Shown here in pieces: positions 16,177 to 24,517 of a stretch of DNA of 34,890 nt. The notes below the pieces were generated by a model. That model did no database searches, was not told the DNA's origin, and was given only the letters and a program-made list of their open reading frames with translations. A program made the position numbers and the translations under genes. How positions within the stretch are numbered: the first letter of the stretch is position 1; every line of letters begins with the position of its first letter. This stretch comes from Deltaproteobacteria bacterium (GTDB lineage Bacteria > Bdellovibrionota > FAC87 > UBA2466), in assembly GCA_016207775.1 (NCBI GenBank), contig JACQOU010000389.1:1-34890 (forward strand), in the 5' to 3' direction.

Positions 16177-16818
16177 TTACGCTACTCCCGATTGCCGAGG
16201 GAAATGATTTACCTTCGCTTTGTTAAACCGCTCCGAGACCTCTGCCCAATTCACCACTTCCCAGAAAGCCTTCACAAACTCAGCTCTGCGATTGCGGTAT
16301 TTCAGGTAGTACGCATGTTCCCACAGATCGAGCAGAAAAACAGGGTGACAGTTTTTTAATAACGGAGTGTCTTGATTGGGCAAAGATTCTGCAATGAGTT
16401 CTCCCTCCGGGTTAACGGAAAGCCAAGCATAACCACTGCCAAAGTGCTTAATTGCAATTTCTGAGAAGCGTTCCTTAAATTGTGAAAAACCCCCAAAGGT
16501 GGCGTCGATACGATTAGCCAATTCACCAGTGGGACTAAGACCTTTGCGTGGAGATAACGTGCGCCAGAACAGACTATGAGTGTAATGCCCGCCTCCTTGG
16601 TTCCGGACATCATTTCTTATAACAGCAGGAACGTCGTCCAGTCTGCTCAGCAACTCCTCAATAGGAAGCTTTTGCAGGTCGGAATATTTGCTCAAGATTG
16701 TATTTATTTTTTCTACGTAAGTCTTATGGTGCCCTTTATGATGAACTTCCATTGTTTCTTTATCGATTACGGGCTCCAATGCATCGTAGGCGAATAGCAA
16801 CTCAGGCAGCGAATACAT
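16177..16818 (-). CDS. sodA: Fe/Mn-family superoxide dismutase, Mn-type signatures.
   Basis: LPELLFAYDALEPVIDKETMEVHHKGHH and DLWEHAYYLKYRNRR. GGGHYTHSLFW and PNQDTPL resemble the Mn-type discriminating positions. GAGGAGG RBS. Confidence 0.9.
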   Translation of the reverse strand: MYSLPELLFAYDALEPVIDKETMEVHHKGHHKTYVEKINTILSKYSDLQKLPIEELLSRLDDVPAVIRNDVRNQGGGHYTHSLFWRTLSPRKGLSPTGELANRIDATFGGFSQFKERFSEIAIKHFGSGYAWLSVNPEGELIAESLPNQDTPLLKNCHPVFLLDLWEHAYYLKYRNRRAEFVKAFWEVVNWAEVSERFNKAKVNHFPRQSGVA

Positions 16819-16889
16819 GCATACCTCCTCATCTGTTAGTATTGCAACTTGCTAAGGATACTTTTGCTCCCCCGTTTAGACAACCCAAT

Positions 16890-17198
16890 TCATGCAACTT
16901 TAGCCTGCTGAGGAATTTTTCTCATGGGCTTTTCACAGCACATCGGTTGCTTTTCCACCTTCTCTGTAGCCAACGCGGTAGAACCGCATTCTGGACACTC
17001 ATACATTGTTTTCGACTCCGCAACCACCTTTTCTTTCTTCCAGTGTTTGCCTTTCATATACTCTCCCTCTGCCTTTGCCCAGCACACAACAAATTTGTTT
17101 AATCTTAATTTATCGGCCTTCGTCGACTGCAGAAGTCCCAACAACTCTCCTGTCAAAGGCCTAGGGAGATTTAAAAGAGCTGTTGTATTAGCATCCAT
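16890..17198 (-). CDS. Small protein with a C-terminal desulforedoxin-type Cx2Cx15CC metal site.
   Basis: The C-terminus YECPECGSTALATEKVEKQPMCCEKPM has exactly the Cx2C-15-CC spacing of desulforedoxin and the Dfx N-domain. The roughly 64-aa N-terminal part is unrecognised. An alternative start (MKGKHW, at 17057) is possible. Confidence 0.55.
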   Translation of the reverse strand: MDANTTALLNLPRPLTGELLGLLQSTKADKLRLNKFVVCWAKAEGEYMKGKHWKKEKVVAESKTMYECPECGSTALATEKVEKQPMCCEKPMRKIPQQAKVA

Positions 17199-17255
17199 TC
17201 CCGCTAAAGGTTCGGTTACTAATATTTCTGCAGTCGCTCTCCTCGATCTTTTTTG

Positions 17256-17271
17256 TGCATTTCGAGTGCCA
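17256..17271 (-). promoter_or_regulatory. Putative sigma-54 promoter for the Dx-like gene and probably sodA.
   Basis: The minus strand reads TGGCAC-tcgaa-ATGCA, 57 nt upstream of the ATG at 17198. Confidence 0.6.
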
Positions 17272-17413
17272 GTCTTCTGCTGGGTAACTTGCCGTCCCTA
17301 CGCTCATCCTTTAAAGCCATCACGCTTTTTGTAGCACATTAAAACGTTTCTATTTGCCACAATGACTAACCAGCCAGTGGAGGAAGCATGGGTGAAGCGT
17401 GAAGCATGGGTTA

Positions 17414-17638
17414 TTAAACGACCCAGTTTAAGAACCAACGTGCAATATTGATGATCATTCGTCGTTTTTGGGCAGGCATCACAGAAAATACAATCCCTAA
17501 CCCAAAAGCAGCAGTCAAAGACAGATACGGGTGCAGTTTCAGTGTTTCAACTGGGATGTTTTTCTCGGAGATTGCTCGCAATCGTGCTTTTGCCTGTTCA
17601 AGGCTCAGCGCGCCAGTTTTTGCAAGGTCCATACGCAT
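17414..17638 (-). CDS. Small membrane protein, YqjK-like by position (tentative).
   Basis: 74-aa ORF with an N-terminal helical segment and one C-terminal TM (YLSLTAAFGLGIVFSVM). It is the third gene after the DUF883 and YqjE-like genes and overlaps the upstream gene by about 30 nt. Confidence 0.5.
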   Translation of the reverse strand: MRMDLAKTGALSLEQAKARLRAISEKNIPVETLKLHPYLSLTAAFGLGIVFSVMPAQKRRMIINIARWFLNWVV

Positions 17639-17880
17639 CCTCCTGCCAACACGAGCAGTATCCCGGCTGCAACCAACGCACCAGTCATTTCACCATGGTA
17701 GAGCACGGTTTCACGATAGATAGCGCGAATGAAGATTGCAAATGCACCGATGACTGACCCGAGCAAGATGATAGCGACACCTGCTGTTAAGCTTCTGCGA
17801 ACCAAACTTTTGCGCAGCAGTCTCACCTCAGCCTCAAATAGATCGGACACTGCTAAAATTACTTCGACTAAGGCTTTCAC
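17605..17880 (-). CDS. YqjE-like / 'phage holin family' small membrane protein.
   Basis: 91 aa with two TM helices (LTAGVAIILLGSVIGAFAIFI and ALVAAGILLVLAGGCVW). It sits directly after a DUF883 gene, as in enterobacterial yqjD-yqjE-yqjK. Confidence 0.6.
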   Translation of the reverse strand: MKALVEVILAVSDLFEAEVRLLRKSLVRRSLTAGVAIILLGSVIGAFAIFIRAIYRETVLYHGEMTGALVAAGILLVLAGGCVWTLQKLAR

Positions 17881-17938
17881 GATTCCCTACCTTTAAGTCA
17901 GGTAAACCTACGTATCGTATCTACAACCGACCGGACAG

Positions 17939-18259
17939 CTAAGCACTCTTCTTGTGAAGTAATTTTCCTGCAATAAGGCCGATGCCGAAGGCGGCCGTCA
18001 TAGTGATCACCGGATGCTCTTCAATCTGGCGCCTTGCTTCACCGATGAGTTTCTGCGTTTCCCGTGTGCCGGTTTTCAACATGTCCTTTAGCGTCTCAAC
18101 CTCCTTACCAAGCTCTTCCTCAAGCTTTTCCCTAGCCTCTTGCGCTTCAACCTTTCCCAATTCCACAATCCCATGAGCAATGCCATTAAGTCCCTGTCGG
18201 ACTCTTGTCATTGCGTCCCTAATTTCACTGGTTTCCCTTGTTGCAAAAGCATGCCTCAT
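17939..18259 (-). CDS. DUF883 family (ElaB/YqjD/YgaM-like) tail-anchored stress protein.
   Basis: Charged helical body with a C-terminal anchor (HPVITMTAAFGIGLIAGKLL). I moved the start to the ATG at 18259, which follows GGAGAA. Confidence 0.75.
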   Translation of the reverse strand: MRHAFATRETSEIRDAMTRVRQGLNGIAHGIVELGKVEAQEAREKLEEELGKEVETLKDMLKTGTRETQKLIGEARRQIEEHPVITMTAAFGIGLIAGKLLHKKSA

Positions 18260-18322
18260 TATCCATTCTCCTTTCTCCTTTTGTTGGGGCCTCACCTATA
18301 AAAACCTTTCTTTCTCAAGTGG

Positions 18323-18338
18323 TGCAATGGGTATGCCA
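18323..18338 (-). promoter_or_regulatory. Putative sigma-54 promoter for the DUF883 trio.
   Basis: The minus strand reads TGGCAT-accca-TTGCA, 63 nt upstream of the ATG at 18259. It lies in the intergenic region shared divergently with the HK/NtrC genes. Confidence 0.65.
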
Positions 18339-18463
18339 GCAATGGCAAGGATGAGTCCGGGACGAAGGTGAATATGAGCTTTCTTACTAAAGTGACAGAT
18401 TTGCCGTAAGATCTTGATCAAAACGAAATGGTTACTATCATTACTTTTGGAGTGTGATGATTA

Positions 18464-19372
18464 ATGCGGAAAAGCCAAACTCGTTGCAAGCTTTCGCAGA
18501 TTGATCCCCCCACTGAATTCAAATGGGCAGCTTTCTACGAAACAACAGCTGATGGTCAAGCTAACCAAGCTCTCACAAGGGAAATCAAAGATCGCGTTCG
18601 TGCAGAGGACGAGCGGAAGCGGGCAGAAATGGAGTTAAAGCGGCAGGCTCAGGAACTTGCTCGCTCGAATGCGGAGCTTGAATCTTTCGCCTCGATTGCC
18701 TGTCACGAACTTAAAGAACCCTTGCGGTCAATTGCCACGTATGTCCAGCTCTTGTTAAGTCGCTATAGAGGACAATTCGATAAGGATGCAGATACTTTTT
18801 TGGACTTTGTGGCGGATGCTGCAAAGCGATCCCAAAGGCTTATCGATGACCTTTTTGCTTATTCACAAGTTGTCGGGGAACCACCGGAAATAGAGTTGGT
18901 CGACGTGAACATGTTGCTGAGGCAAGTGCTCAACAATCTTAAAGTAATGATTGATGAGAGTCGGGCCACTGTTAGTTACGATCCCTTACCCAGCGTCTTG
19001 GCCGACTCCACGCAGCTGAGTCTAGTGTTTCAAAACTTGCTCAACAATGCGATAAAGTTTCGATCAGCGGCTAATCCGATTGTCCATATTTCTGCGAAAC
19101 GAAGAGAAAACGATTGGGTCTTCTCGGTAAGTGACAATGGAATTGGTATCGACCTCAGTAATAATGCAAATGTAAACCGGATGTTTCGGATCTTTCATAG
19201 GCTGCATCCTGTTGGAGCTTATCCAGGAAGCGGGATTGGGCTCGCAATCTCTAAGAAAATCATTGAAAGGCACGGCGGTACCATCTGGGTGGAATCCAAA
19301 CCAGAAGAGGGATCCACTTTCTATTTTGCGATTCCCCATAATGGCAACAATGCAATTTGCCCTATTGGGTGA
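18464..19372 (+). CDS. Soluble histidine kinase without a recognisable sensor domain.
   Basis: H-box SIACHELKEPLRSI, N-box NLLNNAIKF, and G-boxes SDNGIGI and GSGIGLAISKKI. Only about 60 aa plus a coiled coil precede the H-box. No TM segment. Confidence 0.85.
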   Translation: MRKSQTRCKLSQIDPPTEFKWAAFYETTADGQANQALTREIKDRVRAEDERKRAEMELKRQAQELARSNAELESFASIACHELKEPLRSIATYVQLLLSRYRGQFDKDADTFLDFVADAAKRSQRLIDDLFAYSQVVGEPPEIELVDVNMLLRQVLNNLKVMIDESRATVSYDPLPSVLADSTQLSLVFQNLLNNAIKFRSAANPIVHISAKRRENDWVFSVSDNGIGIDLSNNANVNRMFRIFHRLHPVGAYPGSGIGLAISKKIIERHGGTIWVESKPEEGSTFYFAIPHNGNNAICPIG

Positions 19373-19524
19373 GCCGTACCTCATGTACTAACGGTTGAGG
19401 TCTTGTAGTATTCTTTATCGACGATTGACATCGCGCATAGGCGGGTTTACGAACAGTGACGTACCAGATGGGTTAAATGGCCGCATCATCATTGCCCAGT
19501 CTAAAGAGATGACGGAGGCATGAA

Positions 19525-20991
19525 ATGGATCGCAGACAAATTGAAGTGCTTGTTGTGGACGACGAACAAGCAACCTGTGAGTTTGTGGGTAGCCTCTTGA
19601 AAAAACATGGGTATGAGCCAGTGCTTGCGTTGAGTTTGAGTGACGCTGAGAGGTTGTTAGATCAAAAGTACTTCCCAATTGTTGTCTCAGATGTGGAATT
19701 GGGCGGTCCAGAAAGCACCACTTTGCTTCATCATATTAACCGACATAATCGCCCATCGCTGGTCATTTATATTACCGGCCAGGCGAGCATTGAGAGTGCT
19801 GTCAAAACCATTCACGAAGGCGCTTTCGATTACATTAGCAAACCCTATGAGCTAAGTGAGATTGAGGTCCGCCTCATCGACGTGGTTGAGAAAGCGATCC
19901 AACATTTGGAAATATTGTCGATACAAGACAATCTGAGTGTTGGTCCGCTTTCGACTATTCCCCGTACGATTGTTGGTAAATCGCCGCCGATGGCAGAGAT
20001 TTACAAAATGATTGCGAAGGCAGCTTTGTCTAGTGATACCGTCCTTATTACAGGCGAGAGCGGGACAGGCAAGGAGTTGGTGGCTAGAGCGATACACGAC
20101 AACAGCGACCGCGCAAAAAATCCTTTTGTTATTGTGAATATTTCGTCCATAGTGGAAACGCTTTTAGCATCTGAACTGTTTGGCCATGTTAAGGGGTCAT
20201 TTACTGGGGCGGTCAGCAGCAAGCGCGGACTGTTCCAGGAGGCGAACCAGGGCACTCTTTTTCTTGATGAAATTGGCGATATCTCCCCAGCTGTGCAGGT
20301 GTCGCTTCTGCGTGCAATCCAGGAGGGGGAGATCAAACCTGTTGGAGGTACAGAGACTCACAAAGTCGATGTACGTATCATTACGGCTACGAACAAAAAC
20401 CTGGACGCGTATGTGAAGGAAGGGAAATTTAGGGAGGACCTGTACTATCGGCTGAAAGTCATTGTGATAGAAATGCCTTCTCTGCGAAAAAGAAAAGGCG
20501 ATATTCCGGATCTTGTTAATTATTTTCTGAGCCGTTCCGCTCAGAAAAGAGGGAAGAAGGTCACGACCATATCGAGAGAGGCCTTGGCTATGCTGCAGGC
20601 TTACTCCTGGCCAGGCAACATTCGGGAACTCGAGAATGCTATTGAGAGGGCAGTTGCTCTTTCGAACACCTCGATGCTATACGCAGAAGACTTTCCGAAG
20701 GAAATACGAATGCCCTCTGAAACTTCTATTGAAAAAGAACTGACTGCGGCATCCGAGCAGGATTCGCCCATATATTCTTTGGAACAAACGGAAAAATCAC
20801 ACATTATAAGGGCGCTGGAGAAAATGAATTTCAATAAAGCCAGGACGGCTGAGCTTCTTGGAATTGATAGGGTTACCCTTTATCGGAAGATTCGTCGATT
20901 AGGAATTCCTTTACGCCCATCTTCTTTTTCTGCCAGCCTAGAGCCCCTGGTTCGAGAACCAGTACTTCGAGAGCCAGTACAAAATAAGTGA
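19525..20991 (+). CDS. NtrC-family sigma-54-dependent response regulator (enhancer-binding protein).
   Basis: Receiver domain (VLVVDDE...VVSDVEL). AAA+ sigma-54 interaction domain (GESGTGKE; GSFTGA, the GAFTGA loop; LFLDEIG; RIITATN; FREDLYYRL). Fis-type HTH (ARTAELLGIDRVTLYRKIRRLGI). GGAGG RBS. Confidence 0.92.
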   Translation: MDRRQIEVLVVDDEQATCEFVGSLLKKHGYEPVLALSLSDAERLLDQKYFPIVVSDVELGGPESTTLLHHINRHNRPSLVIYITGQASIESAVKTIHEGAFDYISKPYELSEIEVRLIDVVEKAIQHLEILSIQDNLSVGPLSTIPRTIVGKSPPMAEIYKMIAKAALSSDTVLITGESGTGKELVARAIHDNSDRAKNPFVIVNISSIVETLLASELFGHVKGSFTGAVSSKRGLFQEANQGTLFLDEIGDISPAVQVSLLRAIQEGEIKPVGGTETHKVDVRIITATNKNLDAYVKEGKFREDLYYRLKVIVIEMPSLRKRKGDIPDLVNYFLSRSAQKRGKKVTTISREALAMLQAYSWPGNIRELENAIERAVALSNTSMLYAEDFPKEIRMPSETSIEKELTAASEQDSPIYSLEQTEKSHIIRALEKMNFNKARTAELLGIDRVTLYRKIRRLGIPLRPSSFSASLEPLVREPVLREPVQNK

Positions 20992-21029
20992 TCAAACTGT
21001 TCGCTCACCAGGGGAGCATTTTGAAGCAA

Positions 21030-22418
21030 TTAGTGCATGGAAGCTTCGCCTGAAAGATGCTTTACCAAATCGCCGACAACGTTCTTGGCATCTCCGAAAA
21101 GCATGAGTGTATTGTCACTGTAATACAATTCGTTTTCGATCCCCGCAAATCCGGGATTCATGCTTCGCTTGATCGCAAGAACGGTTTTTGCTCTATCCAC
21201 ATCGAGTATCGGCATGCCATAGATGGGACTTGCTTTGTCGTGACGAGCGGCTGGGTTGACGACGTCATTTGCTCCAATCACTAAGGCGACATCAACCTGA
21301 GGAAAATCAGGATTAATACTGTCCATTTCGACGAGCTTCTCATACGGAATTTCCGCCTCAGCAAGAAGCACATTCATGTGTCCAGGCATGCGTCCTGCAA
21401 CGGGATGGATAGCAAACCTAACATCAATGCCCCGTTTGGTAAGCTGCTCGTAAAGATCGTGCACCCGATGTTGGGCTTGTGCGACGGCCATGCCATAACC
21501 CGGTACGATCACAACAAGATTGGCAGCCTCCAGTATCTGCGCCCCGTCTTCCGCAGTTGCACTTTTGACTGCCCTCTGCTCGGCGACTGCTCCTTTAGCC
21601 TGGACTTGTCCAAACGCCCCGAACAGCACATTGGTGAACGAGCGGTTCATTGCCCGGCACATGATAATGGAAAGAATAAGGCCCGAGGAACCATCGAGTG
21701 CTCCTGCTGTAATCAATAATTTGTTTTCAAGAACGAATCCCATTGCGACCGCCGACAGCCCGGCGTATGAATTCAGCAACGAAATAACCGTCGGCATGTC
21801 GGCTCCGCCAATGGGCAGAATCAGAAGCACCCCGAAGAGTAATGATAAGCCCACCATGATCGGAAACAGATACCATTTTTCAGGCGAGGCAATGAGAATT
21901 ATTCCAACCACAATAGCAATGGCAAAAAGTGACAAATTAAGAAGGTTTTGATTTCGGTAGATGATGGGGCGAGCCGGCAAAATCTCCTGCAGCTTACCAG
22001 CCGCCATCAGACTCCCAGTGAAGGTTACAAAGCCCAAAATGACTTCCGCGACTAAAGCACCGACGCGAAAAGAACTGAGCTCCCCTTCTTGGTACCACAG
22101 AAAATATTCCGCAATCCCAACCAGTCCGGCCGCAAGACCACCAAAAGCATGAGAAAGCGCCGTTCGTTGAGGTACCGCTGTTAATGGCACCCAGGAGAGA
22201 GGAACGCCGATGATACTACCCAGGACAAAAGCCACCATGATCCAGGTGAAACTTTCGATCCCTGGATGAAGCAGAGTGCCTGCAATAGCGGCTCCCATCG
22301 CAGCAATTCCAGCGAATACCCCCCGTCTTGCTGTGTGCGGATGACTCATCCATTTTAGTGAAAGAATGAAGAATGCCGTCGATATCAAGTAAATAACTTG
22401 TGTCGTTTGTGCAATCAT
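21030..22418 (-). CDS. pntB: NAD(P) transhydrogenase subunit beta.
   Basis: Multi-TM N-terminal half and a C-terminal NADP(H)-binding domain (VIVPGYGMAVAQAQH...HPVAGRMPGHMNVLLAEA). Its start overlaps the upstream stop (ATGA). Confidence 0.92.
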   Translation of the reverse strand: MIAQTTQVIYLISTAFFILSLKWMSHPHTARRGVFAGIAAMGAAIAGTLLHPGIESFTWIMVAFVLGSIIGVPLSWVPLTAVPQRTALSHAFGGLAAGLVGIAEYFLWYQEGELSSFRVGALVAEVILGFVTFTGSLMAAGKLQEILPARPIIYRNQNLLNLSLFAIAIVVGIILIASPEKWYLFPIMVGLSLLFGVLLILPIGGADMPTVISLLNSYAGLSAVAMGFVLENKLLITAGALDGSSGLILSIIMCRAMNRSFTNVLFGAFGQVQAKGAVAEQRAVKSATAEDGAQILEAANLVVIVPGYGMAVAQAQHRVHDLYEQLTKRGIDVRFAIHPVAGRMPGHMNVLLAEAEIPYEKLVEMDSINPDFPQVDVALVIGANDVVNPAARHDKASPIYGMPILDVDRAKTVLAIKRSMNPGFAGIENELYYSDNTLMLFGDAKNVVGDLVKHLSGEASMH

Positions 22419-22711
22419 TGGCGTGTTTCTTTCTTTTTAAACATCTTGAGCATTCGATCGGTTATGAGAAAGCCGCTTACAATGTTGGTTACCGAAGCGG
22501 CCACGGCTATGGTCCCCAAAATCGTTGAGAATGTGGTTTTCTGCTCGCCGGCGATAATAATTGAGCCCACGACCGCTATTGCTGAGATCGCGTTTGTAAG
22601 CGACATTAACGGCGTATGGAGAAGACGGGAAACGTTGCGAATGACTTCCAATCCGATAAACGTGGCAAGCATAAAAACGAATGCCATACTGATAAAATCA
22701 AGAGTTTCCAT
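22415..22711 (-). CDS. pntAB: NAD(P) transhydrogenase alpha subunit part 2 (membrane part).
   Basis: About 98 aa with three TM helices (METLDFISMAFVFMLATFIG...). ATG at 22711 with GAGAGGG upstream. The track ORF extends farther upstream into pntAA. Confidence 0.8.
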   Translation of the reverse strand: METLDFISMAFVFMLATFIGLEVIRNVSRLLHTPLMSLTNAISAIAVVGSIIIAGEQKTTFSTILGTIAVAASVTNIVSGFLITDRMLKMFKKKETRQ

Positions 22712-23870
22712 GTGACCCTCTCTTTGAAACAAATTCAGTAACGTTAGGGAGCCGAATTTTTCCGTCGTGAGTGACGAACGAAGCAGCATTTATCTCATCG
22801 TCAAAATTGAGTGCAAGATTTCCTTTCGGGTAAAGATTTTCCACTACGGCAAGCAAATTCTTGGCATAAACCTGGCTTGCATTCAATGGAACAAGGCCGG
22901 GAAGATTCAAAAGACCAATCAGAGTGACCCCCTCTTTAACAACAATTTTGCCGACCTCTGAAAGCTCACAGTTTCCACCCTGCTCGACGGCGAGATCCAC
23001 GATGACTGACCCTCGCTTCATTTGCTTCACCATCGAGGCTGGAATCAACTTTGGTGCCGGTTTTCCCGGTACCAGCGCAGTCGTGATGACGACATCAGCA
23101 GCCATAATGTGCCTGCCCACAAGTTCCTGCTGTTTTTTTAGGAATTCTGGAGATGCTTCTTTTGCATATCCGCCTGTGCCTACGAGCGCCTCTGAGCCTT
23201 CCACCATGATAAATCGCCCGCCTAAGCTCTCGACTTGTTCCTTTACTGCAGGTCGGACGTCCGAAACTTCTACCACTGCACCTAAACGTTTTGCAGTCGC
23301 AATGGCTTGAAGACCGGCTACTCCCGCGCCCAAAATGACGACTTTGGCAGGACTAATGGTTCCGGCAGCGGTAGTCATTAAGGGAAATATTTTCGATAAA
23401 TAGTTTGCGGCCAACATGACTGCCTTATAGCCAGCCAGGTTGGACTGAGAACTGAGTGCATCTGCCTTTTGAGCGCGCGAAATACGAGGCAGCAGGTCCA
23501 TGGCGAAGGCGCTCACGCGTTTTTTTGCCAAAAGCTCAATCGTTGCGGGATTGGCAAATGGCCACAGGAACGAAATGATGATTGCACCCTGTTTAAAAAG
23601 CGCTGCTTCATGTTGGCCCGACTGTGGATGAGGGCTCGGTGGATGAAGCTTTAATATAATATCTGCCTGCGAATAACCTGCCGCAGCCGTTTCAATGAGG
23701 GAAGCGCCCGCTTCCTCGAAGGCCTTATCCGTAATGAAAGAACCGTCCCCAGCTCCTTTTTCGACCAGGACCTGAAAACCTAGTTTGATGAACTTTCGGA
23801 CTGTTTCCGGAGTAGCTGCAACACGGGTTTCTGAAAGGGTGATTTCTTTGGGTATAAACAGTGTCGTCAT
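22698..23870 (-). CDS. pntAA: NAD(P) transhydrogenase alpha subunit part 1 (NAD(H)-binding, alanine-dehydrogenase-like).
   Basis: MTTLFIPKEITLSETRVAATPETV and the Rossmann motif VVILGAGVAGLQAIATAKRLGA. Operon order is pntAA-pntAB-pntB. Confidence 0.9.
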   Translation of the reverse strand: MTTLFIPKEITLSETRVAATPETVRKFIKLGFQVLVEKGAGDGSFITDKAFEEAGASLIETAAAGYSQADIILKLHPPSPHPQSGQHEAALFKQGAIIISFLWPFANPATIELLAKKRVSAFAMDLLPRISRAQKADALSSQSNLAGYKAVMLAANYLSKIFPLMTTAAGTISPAKVVILGAGVAGLQAIATAKRLGAVVEVSDVRPAVKEQVESLGGRFIMVEGSEALVGTGGYAKEASPEFLKKQQELVGRHIMAADVVITTALVPGKPAPKLIPASMVKQMKRGSVIVDLAVEQGGNCELSEVGKIVVKEGVTLIGLLNLPGLVPLNASQVYAKNLLAVVENLYPKGNLALNFDDEINAASFVTHDGKIRLPNVTEFVSKRGSHGNS

Positions 23871-24037
23871 TGCCCACTCGCTGTTAGAGGTCTATGACCA
23901 ACCGATATTATAGAATAATTTGTCATTTTTTTCCGATTCAGAAATTAACTTTTTTACAGCCTAAAAAATAAGGTTTTTAAAAAGACATTGCGCACAAACC
24001 CGTTGTCAGGTAGGCACTTAATGAGAGGGACATTGGG

Positions 24038-24496
24038 GTGGGTTCTAAATCAAAAATCTCTCGACCTATTGAGCTGCTGCTCGTTGAAGATAATCCGGCT
24101 GACGTTAGACTGGTTATGGAACTATTGAAGAGTTGGAAGACTGCGCACAAGGTGAGCGTTATACAGGACGGTGAGAAGGCGACCCAGTATTTTGCTGACT
24201 GTGGAAACAACAGGGTTAAACCCTTGCCGGATCTTGTTTTACTCGACTACAACCTGCCTAAAAGTAGTGGTCTTGAGGTGCTAAAAGAAATTAAGTCGTA
24301 TAATACGCTTTCGCATATTCCAGTGCTCATCCTTACGACCTCCCAGTCCAAAACGGATTTAACTCAGCTGTACGAAAACCATGCTAATTGTGTACTCAGT
24401 AAGCCAGTCGATCTTGTGAGCTATGAAGAAATGCTCAAAGCCATTGAAACTTTTTGGCTGCAAACCGTTCATTTGCCTAGCATTACACGCGCTTGA
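24038..24496 (+). CDS. Single-domain CheY-like response-regulator receiver.
   Basis: LLVEDNPADVRL, LVLLDYNLP (phospho-Asp), ILTTS, SKP. GTG start with GAGAGGGA upstream. Confidence 0.85.
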   Translation: MGSKSKISRPIELLLVEDNPADVRLVMELLKSWKTAHKVSVIQDGEKATQYFADCGNNRVKPLPDLVLLDYNLPKSSGLEVLKEIKSYNTLSHIPVLILTTSQSKTDLTQLYENHANCVLSKPVDLVSYEEMLKAIETFWLQTVHLPSITRA

Positions 24497-24517
24497 GACG
24501 TCCTTGCGAGCAAAGGG

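Noticed and set aside
16924-17334. 136-aa plus-strand ORF spanning the Dx-like gene and its upstream region.
   Set aside because: It is antisense to a motif-bearing ORF, crosses the predicted promoter, has no RBS and shows no recognisable features.
20941-20991. Short REPVLREPV duplication at the C-terminus of the NtrC-type regulator.
   Set aside because: It is a trivial two-copy low-complexity tail after the HTH, and I have no basis to assign it a function.
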